Notes: generated by a model not told the origin, from the sequence alone. 63,918 nt of DNA, filler included, from Rhabdomonas costata (GCA_019059605.1; 55 parts of 55 records of this genome joined end to end with filler, not necessarily neighbours in it); one strand, 5' to 3'. Shown: positions 35,711-48,891, counted from the first letter of the whole stretch. Made by a program: numbers and translations.

Positions 35711-35974
35711 GTGAGCCCGCAGGGCTGGCTGCCCGACTTGCTCTCCCAGCAGCTTAATTTCGTCTTGACGGAGACAAACCCAACGGACGCGGACTACGCC
35801 ACCGCGGCAGCCGCGGGGATGCCCCTGGCCCAGTTCCCTCTGGTTGTCACTGGGGTGGCGCTGGCGGTGAACCTGCCGCAGATCCCCACAGGGGCCACTC
35901 TGCAGTGGAGCCAGGAGGTGGTGGTGGGGGTTTTCAACGGAAGCATCGCCAGCTGGGCGCACAGCGCGATCCGT
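35711..35974 (+). CDS. PstS-like phosphate-binding (PBP type 2) domain exon
   Basis: LNFVLTETNPTDADY...LAQFPLVVTGVALAVNLPQI...TLQWSQEVVVGVFNGSIASWAHSAI parallels PstS 'DFgasD.pl...lvqfP.v.ggv...yNlp...L.l..e.l..If.G.I..W.dpaI'; CTTAG acceptor and host-like GC3. Confidence 0.8.
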
Positions 35975-36145
35975 TGAAAACCCCACANNNNNNNNNNNNN
36001 NNNNNNNNNNNNNNNNNNNNNNNNNNNNNNNTTAATTAATTAANNNNNNNNNNNNNNNNNNNNNNNNNNNNNNNNNNNNNNNNNNNNTTGTTGGGCCGCT
36101 GGTTGGTTAGCAACCAGACTGGGGGGGGGGGCAGTTTGGATATTA

Positions 36146-36211
36146 CCGGGTGTCCCAGTTACTTAATTTTATTCCAAAAACTTATTGTTACATTTTAACT
36201 TGGACACCCGG
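36146..36211. mobile_element. Tiny Tc1/mariner-type MITE relic
   Basis: ta-CCGGGTGTCCCAGTTA ... TAACTTGGACACCCGG-tg: 16-bp inverted ends with one mismatch, AT-rich core, TA on the left flank. Confidence 0.55.
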
Positions 36212-38494
36212 TGACACTACGGGACACTACGGTATATGGGGTGCTTTTTCACCGCCGTAGATCTGCAAGGCGACCGCGAGGTTGAGGTCTTCTTGGATCC
36301 TGCGCCGGACCTGTGTTACGACCGTCCCGTGGTGTGTATGTGTGTGAGTGTGTGTGTTTTCCGGCACAATGGGTGAGCGCCGCACAGGATTGGAGTTCCC
36401 TAAAAGCGCGGTAGTAACGCCATTGAAGTTTCCAGTTTCCAAGAGCCTCTGCCCAGCATCAGAGGGGTGATCCGCACCCCGTGAAGCGGCCGGACAGTAG
36501 GCAGCGGGAGAAGTTTTGAATCCCGCTGGAGGCAGAAAGAGCTCCACCAAAATCATTCCTTGTCCACACAGTGTTGTGTATTTATGAGTTGAATGCTGAA
36601 GTTGAATGGGGTTGGAATTCTTTGCCTATTAAACAGCTCATCGTTTCACATTGTTCTCCTGAAGTGTAAGGGGTGACAACACTTCCAGGTTCTCCTCTGT
36701 TTAATCTTTCATTCCTCACCCGTGTTGTTGTTCGGCAACTCAGCACATCGTGGCGCGGTACTACGGTGCTCCGGTGAGCAACCTTCTGCTCAGTGGAACG
36801 TATGCTCGCTTTACGGATTGACTTCCGCCGACCCGTGCCACCTCCACCTCCTCCTCACGCTTGTTTTTTTTTGCCGCGCTCACTCTCTTCCGTACTGATT
36901 ATTTTTTGAAGTCAGCAGAAGCAGCCTTCAGTTCAGCACCTTTTCCGCCAGACACTCACTGCGTAGCCCGTGTAGGTTGCTTGGTTAAGCTTTCCTCGTT
37001 TTGATGCCTTTGAATACACTGGGTTCTCGTGCAAACCCTTTTCGGGGTGGGCAAAAAGCCACACAGACATGATACGAAAGAGACGCCAAGTGCCAAGGGA
37101 CAACACATCCGGTGGAGGACGATAGGCCACGAAACTCTACACCAACACCCCNNNNNNNNNNNNNNNNNNNNNNNNNNNNNNNNNNNNNNNNNNNNTTAAT
37201 TAATTAANNNNNNNNNNNNNNNNNNNNNNNNNNNNNNNNNNNNNNNNNNNNTGTGGTGGGTGTGGTTGGTTGGTTTGAGTGTGTTTGGGTGTTTGGGTGG
37301 TAGGAAGTATGGAAGAATGGGAAACGCAAGGTGGGGGGAAGACATGAGTGCGATGAACTATGCGGACCGGGCACAAGGACGGGAAGGTGGTGGTGGTGGT
37401 GGGAGGAGAGATCAGAGTGGTCCTGGTGTTGGTGGGATGTTGTCAACGAGACAAGACGAAGTTGGGGCGCGCGTTGAGGTCCGAGTTCGCGAATATCCGT
37501 TTCCCGATTTCTCGTTGACCCCTCACCCCATTTCCACGGGCGGCGCACCTGAAGGTGATTCTCGCTATATTTCTGGTTGATTTGCGCACTGTGTCCATAT
37601 CAACTCGTTGCTCTTCGTGAGTGGAACGGAGGCTTTACTTGAAATGGGCTTTCTTTAATATTTCGGAAAACGGTGAATGGGGGGCTCTTGCATTTGAATG
37701 ACCACGGGAGTGTGTAATTCCAGTGTTCTTCCCCTTTTGTTTAGAGAGACCACACACCACACAGCACCAAGATGGTCAGGCACTTGCTCATATACCTTGC
37801 CATGGATAACGGTGTTGGTGGTGTGCTTATTGTAAAACGCCAAACGCTGCAAGGTCTTGTTCTTTTCTTTTTGGTGGTGGTGGGGTGCCGTCGAGACTTC
37901 TGCATCCACTTCCTACTGAGCTTCTCAAAATGTTTCGCTGATCCAACAACCGGGGCCCCCCGCGGTGTATTCAAGGACGCTGAGCGGAGGATGATGTCCT
38001 TTCACCATTACCGATGGTTGTACCCCGTTCTGGGGGTTCTACTTCTTTTGTACCCATACCGCGGTGCGCTGACGTCCAGGCTGCACCGCCCCGGGCCCTC
38101 CCCCACCGTCCTTGCTGACCCCGCGTCCTGGGGGCTCGTGGGGCGGCCGTGGACCTCGGACTTTCACCTTCACCGCGAGGTAGGAGGATCGGGGGTTGGC
38201 GAACCGAACCCTACCCCTCACCTTTGCTTCAACCTCATCATAAATCTCAGCATCCGTAATAATTGTCGTAACCCAGGAGAAAGGCGGTTTGGTTGTGCTT
38301 CCTAAGGCTCGTAAANNNNNNNNNNNNNNNNNNNNNNNNNNNNNNNNNNNNNNNNNNNNTTAATTAATTAANNNNNNNNNNNNNNNNNNNNNNNNNNNNN
38401 NNNNNNNNNNNNNNNGTAACTGGTTTAGGGCTGGCTCTGGATGCGCAAGAGTGGTTTTGAGGTGGTTTTGAACGTGCGTGAGTGGATCTTGGCT

Positions 38495-38612
38495 GGGTTA
38501 GGTTTATGGTTAGGGTTATGGTTAGGGTTACGGTTACGGTTGCGATTAGGTTTATGGTTAGTATTAGGGTTAGGGTTAGGGTTGCGAGGGTTAGTGTTAG
38601 TGTGGGGTTGGC
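38495..38612 (+). repeat. Degenerate telomere-like (TTAGGG)n tract, interstitial
   Basis: About 19 hexamers: TTAGGG mixed with TTATGG, TTACGG, TTAGGT, TTAGTG and TTGCGA; unique sequence on both sides. Confidence 0.85.
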
Positions 38613-40743
38613 TAACTTCATGTAATTTGCTGGGGAATGGTTCCGCCACCCTAAACCACCCCAAACGTGCCTCTCTTCTAACACCATGCAATCTACAGAA
38701 ACGCTGGCTTAGGGGTGCTGAAATGAAAGTAATGGCAAAAGTGGTGGTGCTGAAAGGAAAGTCTTTGACATTAATTCAGGATAAAAGATGCGCTTGTCTT
38801 CAAGTCAAAGTGCTGGGGAAACGTCTTTTGCCTGGGCAGTTGCATTTAGGTGCTGCACCGCCGTTTATCCCTGGGTTATGCACAAGCTGCATGTTGGTTG
38901 CAAAGGTATTCGTGTGCTTGGACCTTTGAAGTTTAGTTTTTGTGATCCAACATGCCTGGGAATGGAGTGTTAAGCTTTCTAGAGGTAAAAGTGCCTTTTC
39001 TTTTGTTGCAGGAAGGGCATTACGTTATTTCTAAGCTTTCAGAGTCCAAGGATCCCGCCTACCACGAGACCTTAGCCCACATCCCCATGTTCTGCCACAG
39101 AAGTCTCAAAGGTGTGTCGATTTTCACCTTGCTTGCGTTCAGCGAGTAAACTTCGATGCATTATTGAGGAGAATCTTGTGTTGCTTCCTTGATTATTTTG
39201 ATTGTGTAAGTACCCCACGACAAGAGGGTTTCCATTACTCTCAACAGTGTATGGTCTCCGAGGGTTTGCACTGTGACTGCTTCCGAGGTTTGATGCAGAA
39301 GACGGTTCCCATTGACCTCCAAACCCTCCGGTGGTGTGTGTGTGTGTGGAAAGAAGCGGCACAATGTAAAAAAGACTGTTTTCATCGTACCACCGCAGGA
39401 TTCTTGGACATACCTATGAACGAAACGACATCACGATTGATGGTAATGGAAACCCTCTTGTCGTGGGGTACCACACCACNNNNNNNNNNNNNNNNNNNNN
39501 NNNNNNNNNNNNNNNNNNNNNNNTTAATTAATTAANNNNNNNNNNNNNNNNNNNNNNNNNNNNNNNNNNNNNNNNNNNNGGGTGTGGTGGGGACACAACC
39601 TCGACACTTCACCTCTGCAGGCACTGCCGCCAGAGGTACGGCCTCCGACCGAAAGAGACCTTGCCCTTGTTACATTGCTGTCATTGCCTGCGGTCGGCAA
39701 TGGGATGCCGGAGCAGGGGAAGGACTCCTTGACAGTGCCCTGGTTATGATTGAATGTGACCCCCCATGTGGGACTTTTTGTTTCAATCAAGCAGGGAGTG
39801 TTTGTGATGTATGCGGGTGTGTGGGAGGGAAGACACGTGTTTTGGTCGTCTTTTTGGCCGTGTTTTGGGTTTTCTCTCCTAATTGTGCTCGTGAACGCGC
39901 ACAAGGTGTGTAGAACTTGTTGTTTTCCACTGCCGCTACTTGTACTTCTGAGCTGCTGTTGTATGTTGTTGTATAGCTGAAGTTCGGGCAATAAAATAGC
40001 TTGTTTCGCCGGTTGTGTCGCACCCTCGTGTCAGACATGCCTTTCTCATCGAAGATTTTATCGCCGATCCTCAGGTTGTGTTGTCATATCCCTTTGACCC
40101 GTTCACACACAGATATCTTCCCCTCCCCCCCACGTGTTCTTTCCCCAGACCACCTGTCCAGGATTGCACTCTTGGTCTCACAATTTGTGAATTGTGGTGT
40201 CTTTCACACTCTTTAATTCATTTGGATTTCCGGGAGCAGCCGTCCAGCTGCTGCTTGTCTTCACATGCCCACTCAGGCTGCTGTATTTCCCTGTTTGGGG
40301 GGATTGCTACACGCTCCCCTTCTACGTAGTATTCTCGTGTCCCTGCGACGGAGACACATGGTTAGCAGGGGAGCCCGTGCGCTGTTTGTGCTGTCATCAT
40401 GTCGCTTGTCTCTTTTGCCCGGAAGGGGTTCTAAGGGATCTGCTCTGCGGCAGTCCTGTGGTATGCGCCTCTGGAGGCGAGTGGCGCAACGGGTGAGTGG
40501 GGGCGCACGTCATGTCAAAAGGTAGAGTTACAGACAAAACGATAATTCGGCAAAAACTGACCACGGAACTTCACATGCGAGATGTGATGACACTCATGAG
40601 GTTGTTTTAATGTCCGAAGAAGCCTGAAAGTTCCACAAAACACNNNNNNNNNNNNNNNNNNNNNNNNNNNNNNNNNNNNNNNNNNNNTTAATTAATTAAN
40701 NNNNNNNNNNNNNNNNNNNNNNNNNNNNNNNNNNNNNNNNNNN

Positions 40744-40958
40744 TGTACCCGGACTGCCGTACCATGGCGGAGGTCCGCCAGAAGCTCCTGGAGCGCCGCA
40801 ACCTGCCCCGCAGGGAGAGGAAGAGGTCTCGGGCTAGCTTGGAGGAGCAAGAGGAGGGCCTTATGTGCAGCGTGGGCGGGGAGGAGGCAGAGGAGGTGGA
40901 CTTCGAGCCTCCGACCTGCCAAAAGCGGCGCAAGCTCAACTGGGGGCGAGCCTGTGCT
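40744..40958 (+). CDS. Exon of an unknown protein with acidic and NLS-like segments
   Basis: MAEVRQKLLERRNLPRRERKRSRASLEEQEE...QKRRKLNW, GC3-rich, GTACGT donor. Confidence 0.45.
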
Positions 40959-42693
40959 GTACGTGTGCATGTGTGAGAGCTTTGCTGTAATGAACGCCTT
41001 TGCTTGTGCACTGTACTGGGACTGAGACTGCCCACACAGGAGAAGATCGAAAGGTTCTCAGATTGTCCCCTTCGAAAAACGGAGAGGGATGGGGCGAGCG
41101 ATTGTCGTGCCGCCTTGCTTGTTCTTACTGTAAAGCATCTATGTCCAATTATGCATCGGCCGACTTGCACCATGTCGTGAAACCGATTAATCATCGCAAT
41201 TTTGATTGACCCCTGCTTGTATGCGCGACACTGTAAAACATGGGCCATTGGTGAAATTTCAATCTATAGTATTGGTGGACTTTTTCTGCGATGTCTTACT
41301 CTTTTACTTCCAAAGACCTCTGGACCAAAGAGAACGCGTTATTGAAAGGTACCTTGGTAGTGTTGTCAGTGTTCACTTTCAAACTCTCTGAGACGTTCAC
41401 TTGTTTGAAAAGTAGTTTGCTGCAGGTAGCTGCATAGCAAAATTGGAACTTTGGGCAGAAAGAGGGCAGAAGTGCAAAACGCAGCCTCTTTGCGGAGCTC
41501 GGATGTCAGGACCTTTTGACAGATGACGGCAAGTCGAAGACTTAGACGTTGTCTCCTGCTTGCAGCGCCTTTTTATTATCTATTTCGAATCTCATACCTC
41601 GCATTCTGACCCCATATCACACACACACACACACACACGCACGAACATCTCTTTCTCTCTGGCAAACGTACATTCCATTCCTGTCCCATTGGACAGCAAA
41701 AGGGTATCGGTATAAACGGACAGGGCTTGTACCCCAACCGGCGTTCTGGGGCTAACCGCCTCCCTCGCCTGGGCTTCGGGGATGGAGGCGGTTAGCCCCA
41801 GAACGCCNNNNNNNNNNNNNNNNNNNNNNNNNNNNNNNNNNNNNNNNNNNNTTAATTAATTAANNNNNNNNNNNNNNNNNNNNNNNNNNNNNNNNNNNNN
41901 NNNNNNNTGTGGGTGGATCAAAGATGGGGGGAAAGTGTTAACGGAGCTGGTGTCGTGTGTGTATGAGCGCATTGGTGTTGGTAGTTGCAGTGTTGGTGGG
42001 CGCACGGGAGGTTCATTGTGTCGTTGATGTGGGCAGCGTTGGTGTTGGTGCATGTGGTGTCGTTGGTGGGGAACCTGGACTGTATAGAATGTGTAAAAGG
42101 CACAGAAGGGCACTTTGGATATTTCGGCGGGATGGTGGGAGCACCCGAGCACCATGACACTCGGGAAACGGCTGCCCACGGCCAATTCACACACCCAGCA
42201 GCGCAAGCGGGGCGCGCGCGCGAGCCAACCTGGGTTTCCAGCGGGCAGCAACATGTGGTAGGTGCTGATGAGCGCAGAAACAAGGACCCCGGTGTCGTGG
42301 AAAACCTTTTCGCAAAGCAGGCACCAATTCCAAGCACCCGTCGCATGACAACTGGCTAAAATAAAACATAATATGAAAGGGGAAACCACCAGTGAAGACA
42401 TGTGTACGTTGGTTTGTCGGTTTGTAAATTAAAAGCATTAAAAGCAACACTACGATGAAAGAGACCTCGCAGGGGTTGGGTGGCGATTCACATGTCCCCC
42501 AGGACAAGACAGATGATCTCACAGGGGGTTTAGGTGGTGATTCATGTGTCCTCTGCGACATCTTCTATCATGACATCATGACCTAATGCATCCGGTAGGC
42601 TCCGTTAAATGAACTGTAAATGGGGGAGGTCCCCCAAATGCACCTGATATGTGGGGGGTACCCACAATGCACCCCCCCCCAACACACACACAC

Positions 42694-42933
42694 CTCCAGG
42701 AATCGCTCCACAGGGGCATAACCCTGGGCTGCGGCCAGACCCAGCCCTGGGCCCTCGACATGCAGCACCATGCCGTGGCGCTGGCACAGGGTGTGTAGGA
42801 AGGCCGCGCTGTCGCCGAAGGGCGCCCCTGCGGCACCACCCTCGTATCCCATCGTGGCGACGACAAGGGTGGGTACCAGGCCCGCAGCAAGGTCTTGCTC
42901 CACCAGCGCCGCTAGGCTGCCCTCGTCCAAGGC
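42694..42933 (-). CDS. PDXDC1: PDXDC1-like group II PLP-dependent decarboxylase-domain exon
   Basis: LAALVEQDLAAGLVPTLVVATMG...D...LHTLCQRHGMVLHVEG; HVEG in place of the usual HVDAA is the PDXDC1-type variant; 240-nt AG...GT-bounded exon. Confidence 0.7.
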
Positions 42934-43566
42934 CTACCCCCCTAGGCAGAAGCCCTACCTTCACCAACACCNNNNNNNNNNNNNNNNNNNNNNNNNNNNN
43001 NNNNNNNNNNNNNNNTTAATTAATTAANNNNNNNNNNNNNNNNNNNNNNNNNNNNNNNNNNNNNNNNNNNNGGGGATTGAAATAACAGATTCTGTGCCCC
43101 CAGCCTTTCAACTGCTTCCGTTTGGCACCGTTGTGGCAGTGGCGGAGCCAGGAGAAAGCGCGTATGTGGCGATGATGGTCTGCTTCTGTTGTGCAACTAA
43201 CAGGTGCCTGAATTCGGGGGATGAAGCTCATCGGTGAGGTTACCCACAAGCCCTCTGCTCCGCCAAGTGACTCTCTCAACGCGCATTTGAGGTATTCCAA
43301 ACCTGAGCTCAGTGAAGAAAACCTGAGATAGCTGAAGCAGATGCCAAAACATCCGAGCCCATTTCTCCAAGAAATTACAAGCGAGTGGAAGCAAAATGGG
43401 AAGGTGTGAACATTTCGCTTGCTTCTCGCTCCTGATGAGGTGAAAGAACACTGCTGAACGGGTTACAACGTTAACTCGTTGAACACCTCACCCCTGCCTC
43501 CTCATCCGGACTAAGTGCAAGCGCTCATTAAGGAGGCGGAGGCGGTGTGAAGGCGACAAAAAAGAC

Positions 43567-43767
43567 CTGTGCGGCGTAGAGGGCATCCGGGTCTTGGGCA
43601 AAAGTTGTCTCCCCCACGCTAGCCGCGCCCGGGAAGAAACGCCCCGGGTTCTGGCTGGCCTCGCTGGCCACTACCGCCACCACGGCGTCCTGGACGGTGA
43701 CCTCGGAGCGGTGCATCAGCCTGGCGTGGGCCTGCGCCAGCCTAACCAGCGACTCTAGGAACCGCAC
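43567..43767 (-). CDS. MCM9: MCM9 helicase, lid-domain exon
   Basis: VRFLESLVRLAQAHARLMHRSEVTVQDAVVAV...E.S...F..DPDALY..Q; 201-nt exon with canonical ends. Confidence 0.85.
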
Positions 43768-45399
43768 CTGTGGTTTGGTGAAGAGCCTCATGCGGGAAGG
43801 TGGTCGGTCTGCTTTAGGCTCGATGGGAAGTGGGGCTTCCGAACGCGTCGGTGGATTGAATGGATGGAAATCCCTCTCGTGGTGGGATGAAATGGATCCA
43901 AAGAAAAAAGCACACCATCACACCCCCGCACCCCTGGGAACAACCTGGAGTCGCGACGTGAACCACTTTCCTCTCTGGCAATCTTCCGAGCATGAGCGAT
44001 TGTGGGACACATTGCTAAACTACATCCACAAAAACTACGTCTACAGCATGAATAGTTAATTTAAGATTAGCAGCAAGCTTAGCAAACTGTACCTCCACAG
44101 CACGTTCACAAAAACCCACCACCCACACCCAACACNNNNNNNNNNNNNNNNNNNNNNNNNNNNNNNNNNNNNNNNNNNNTTAATTAATTAANNNNNNNNN
44201 NNNNNNNNNNNNNNNNNNNNNNNNNNNNNNNNNNNGGGGGGGCGATCCTACGTCCAGTTGAGCAGGATGACGAAGAGTTGAAAATAAATACTTCATACAC
44301 ACATCATAATACACACATACACACATCATCTTACACACATACCCACAACATGAATACAATCGTCTCGCAGGTTAAGAAAAAGCAGTACCCACGGGAGTCG
44401 CCACTGCCGGCCCGACCTCGCTGAAGGTGTCTTCCACACTGCCCGGCGGCGCGCAGGCTCGATCCTGCGACCGGCCTTTGGATGGGCTGCAAGGCCCAAG
44501 GGTGAGGCTGGGGGTCTGCTTCAGCCCCAGAAACACATTGCCCCCTTCCAAGGAGAACGAGGTGCTGTTGCACAGCAAGGGCACCTTGAGGCCCTGCGCA
44601 GAGGAGCGAGCGTGCGTGCTGACGTGCGGAATGAGTTCTCGGTCGTCTGGAGGTTCCTCAGTTTCAAGCTGTTCCCTGAGCAAGCCCGGTGCAGGCTCAC
44701 CTCCACCACTGGATTGGCGCATCCACTCGCAAATAGCCTGACAGGAGGATGGCCCGTCCAACGCCTCTGTCACAATGGGGTGTGTCAAGCCGAAGTTTGA
44801 GAATTGTGGGTATGTAGTAAAATGGCTAAACTGGCTGGGCACTGAGAGTTGCCCTTCTAGCTACAGTTACCCCGCGAGAAGTACGACTCGGTCCGTTTTA
44901 GAAGGGCACACCAGGAACCGGCGCGTCGAGGACATCAGATCGCGGTCGCGACGCAATTGAAATCAATGGTCCACCTTGAATTCGAAAGTGTGATCCTGTT
45001 CGACAAAGGCGTTAACAAGTCTCGTTTCTCACGAAACCCCAGTTAGCTCCATATCCAAAAACACTTTCTGAGATGCGATACTTCCGACACTTGGGCATCA
45101 GTGTTAACCGTTCGAGAGGAGACCAAGATATGGGCGCAGAGGCGGAGCTAGGTGCGCCACACAAAGATTAGAAAACAGCAAGGATGCAAAGCAGGAATTG
45201 TGACGTGGGTAACCACTAAATGTCCATTGCTCCATTGTGTTCTCTTCGAGAGGAGGACACAATGGAGCAATGGACATTTAGTGGTTACCCACAACACAAN
45301 NNNNNNNNNNNNNNNNNNNNNNNNNNNNNNNNNNNNNNNNNNNTTAATTAATTAANNNNNNNNNNNNNNNNNNNNNNNNNNNNNNNNNNNNNNNNNNNN

Positions 45400-45538
45400 G
45401 GTGCGTAGCGGCCTCCGTGGTGTCCACCCCGATCACAACAACCACTACGGCAACCATTGCGACGACAAGCGTTACGACCACTGCGAGCACGACTTCAGAC
45501 GTGTATCCGAACTTCACGACCTTTCCGGCGCCCGATCC
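45400..45538 (+). CDS. Thr-rich mucin-like exon
   Basis: STPITTTTTATIATTSVTTTASTTSDVYPNFTTFPAPDP ending at a GTAAGT donor. Confidence 0.45.
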
Positions 45539-48500
45539 GTAAGTGCTCCTCATTTTTCTGCCGCTTGCGCTTTCCGTTTCTTTCTCAGTCTCGCAGTCTT
45601 CGTGCGCCCTCAGTGTGCTCTTGTTTTGTTTGAATATTTTTAAGAATGCTTTCTCCCTCTTCTTCGTTCATCCCTTCCTGTTCAGGTTCTTTTCCTCTCC
45701 TCTCCTTGTCTAACCTCTTCCGCCCTCTCCTCGTGCCTTTCCCCCTTTAACTTAGTGGCCCGTTGTGTTATTTTGTTTTTCAGAAGCATTGTTATCACAT
45801 TGCCTTTTTTTGCGTACCCTGAGCACTCTGTGCGCTATTTCTTTTTATCTCCCGAAACTCTGCGTGGCCTATGTTGGAGTAGAGAGCCCGTTAGCCCAAC
45901 AACACGAGATATGTTGAAGGCCAGCAAACAACGGAGACAGAAAACCAAAGGCCAAAGACCGTAACCCTACCAGCACCAGTACCGAAGCCCCGCAATGCAC
46001 AAACCAGGCCAAATCAAGCTACAAAACCCATGCACAGTAACCCGCACCGCAACCAAGCCATGCACCAACACCGAACCCAGCCCCACAAAAGTTGCACCAC
46101 CAACACACACCACCGGACATAATTCAGCAATGAAGCAGCGAACCCAAACCAGCATCACCGTAAGCTACGAAAAGCAAGCTACGAAATCCCTAGACACCGA
46201 ACGCACACGACCTGACACCGCAAAAATGCACACTACACCAAATGGCACACACACGCCGTACTGCACACAGCAACAACCCAGATCCAAACTGCAGCAGAGT
46301 CAAACACCACCGTAACCAATTCAGAAAATACAAGGAAAGACTAACCCACCGCAACCACACACAACAGCACCACGCAAACCCGAACCCAGCATCAAGAACA
46401 ATAGCAACCAGCCAAAGGACACGCAAACCCACACACCGACACCAGGTATAAGTCAAAACCACCNNNNNNNNNNNNNNNNNNNNNNNNNNNNNNNNNNNNN
46501 NNNNNNNTTAATTAATTAANNNNNNNNNNNNNNNNNNNNNNNNNNNNNNNNNNNNNNNNNNNNATTGGGTTGGGTGCTAAGGGGGGGTAGGGTGCCGGAA
46601 ACATTCTCCCTCTCAGTGGGGCGGCAAACTGCCTGAGTTATGGTGTGGCAATGCAATACCCGAGGCACGGTCCCAAAAGAAGAGACAATCAACCCCAACA
46701 ACAACGCCAACAAGAAAAAACAAAAAAAGAAACTGACAGAAAACGACAGAAACCCGAACGAAGCAGGGACCAGCACATGATCCGAAACATGTAAGGTAAG
46801 TTACACCCGGAAACTCAGAAAATGGTATGTGACGGTTTTCCAATCGAAGAGCCTGTAGAAATGCCGCTGTCTGGGGACATGTTATGTGATGAATCCGGAC
46901 AGTTTTCATGACGGGCAGTTAGATATGGGATGTTGCAAAGAGACTACTGCGCCGAAGGCGCGATGTTTTCCGGGTGATTCCGTGATTGTGTTGATCTTTT
47001 GAAGCGAATTGTCAATTCTCTAACCGGCTGTTTGTTGAGAAGGTAGGTAAAGATAGGGTTTAAAAACAGCCCCCATGTGGTATGGTGGTTTACGGCGTAG
47101 CGTACTTAGGTAAAGAGATGCCATTCTTAGTGCCCAAGATCACAGATCAATACGCAGTCCTCACGGCTGAAACGTACCAGCCGAAGCCAAGTCAGAATAC
47201 AAAAAATGCTATGAAAAGCGAGAACACTCCGCAGAGCGAGTGCTCGCGTATGAGCAGGGGGTCTTAAGGCTAGCTGCCTTCGCCCTCGCGCTCACATGTC
47301 AGCTCAGTGTGCCTTCACATGGCACAGAACGTCAGACACGAAAAGAAGGCGGACTGGGAGCAGGCCGCGCAAACAGAAAAGCGAGTAAAATCAGTCTCCA
47401 AGTATCCCCCTCCCCTTGACAAGATAAAATATTCACAGGTATCTCACAGGGCAAGTATTTACACAACGGCAAAGGCACACCAAAGGCGTGGGGGCACAAA
47501 TGGTGAGGGGAGCAAAAACCAGACAGTATGCGAGGGGTGAGGGAGAAGGTGGTGATCGCAGCATCAGCCACAAAACCACGGAGTGCAGGACCTGTACAAC
47601 ACTGAACACTGGCGACACCCCCACCCCNNNNNNNNNNNNNNNNNNNNNNNNNNNNNNNNNNNNNNNNNNNNTTAATTAATTAANNNNNNNNNNNNNNNNN
47701 NNNNNNNNNNNNNNNNNNNNNNNNNNNAACGCTGGTGACCAGGGGATTACGGGCATAAGATTTCCTGGCATCTCAAGGGATACCCAGAGTATGAGAGTAT
47801 GAGGCTTGCCCTGAGAGTTAACCTTGGCGAAGTCGATGAAACGTACGTAACAAGTACCACGATCATAGGCACCCCATACGCCCATCTTGAAAACCGCAGG
47901 GTGTTCGTGGAGGCCCAGAAACAGAGGAACGTGCACTACCCTTTAACCCCGTGCAAATATAGTACAGTAATCCTGGGAAGCGTGCATCGCCCTCTAACCT
48001 GGGGATCACCGTTTGTTTCTACCGCGATGATGGAACCCACAACACCTAACCGAGGCTCTCGGCTTGGTTGACCTCTGAGCTGCGGCTGCACTGGGACAAG
48101 TGCATCCACTTCGACACCCACGTTTGTCTCCATGACTTCCACCATCCTCAGCGCATTCCTGGGAAAGTGCTGGCTTAAACGGGATTCACTGCATTTTGGC
48201 GCATCTGGTTCGTCAGAGTCTTTTGCAGACCTCTTTGCAGATCCGATTCTCTTTGCCCGCTCTCCCAACTCGTTCCATTTTGGCAGATGTGCCCGAAGCG
48301 GTATGAACGGTCGTTAAGCTTTCTAAAAAGTTTCTTTTTACTGCATAATGCCTGCACGCACAGCCGGCCTTATTTTCCGTTTGAAAAAATGTAAACAAAC
48401 ATGCGAAAGGTTCAAAGAAAAACATTGCGGGCACCGCTGCTTCTGCTGCTGCTGCTGCTACTGCCGGCAACGCTGTTGCTGGCACTATTGCTACTTCTGT

Positions 48501-48891
48501 TGGCAGGGTTAGCTGTTAGGGGTGCGGATGAGAAGAGAGAGCAATCATAAGGACAACGGAATGGCACTGTAAGGCACTGCAAGCACCATGTCCCAGCACA
48601 CAAATCGCAGCCCAAAGCATTGTTGCAGAAAACCACAAACCTGTGGAGCTGAACTACATTCAAGAGGGAAAGGTCCGCCTCATATGAGGTCTGCAGACAT
48701 CCAGTCAGTTGTGAGGGACACTAATGAGGTCAGCAAGTTGGCAGCTTCCGATGATCGTGGAAAGCGATTTTCAGGTATGGAACCCACAAAANNNNNNNNN
48801 NNNNNNNNNNNNNNNNNNNNNNNNNNNNNNNNNNNTTAATTAATTAANNNNNNNNNNNNNNNNNNNNNNNNNNNNNNNNNNNNNNNNNNNN

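Noticed and set aside
35975-35977. Stop codon truncating the PstS-like domain
   Set aside because: It lies within ~12 nt of the contig end, where primer-derived sequence or a GT donor is likely; not evidence of pseudogenisation.
38441-38929. 162-aa ORF with LGLWLGL repeats, and most other long ORFs in the track
   Set aside because: This ORF is a translation of the telomere-like tract. The others are mostly antisense shadows of GC-rich exons or run-through into introns and N gaps.
39700-40100. Highly decayed LINE reverse transcriptase on the minus strand
   Set aside because: Only vague resemblance; no intact QG or (Y/F)ADD motif.
40584-40627. GTGATGA...CTGA as a box C/D snoRNA
   Set aside because: Only 44 nt, with no terminal stem or recognisable rRNA guide.
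45205-45292. 36-bp perfect hairpin as pre-miRNA, MITE or hairpin telomere
   Set aside because: It sits at the contig end next to a primer-like tail, the same pattern as five other fold-backs; most likely an amplification artefact.
47823-47885. VRFIDFAK mini-exon as an inositol polyphosphate kinase
   Set aside because: A single short motif without the upstream SSLL motif; cannot be assigned.
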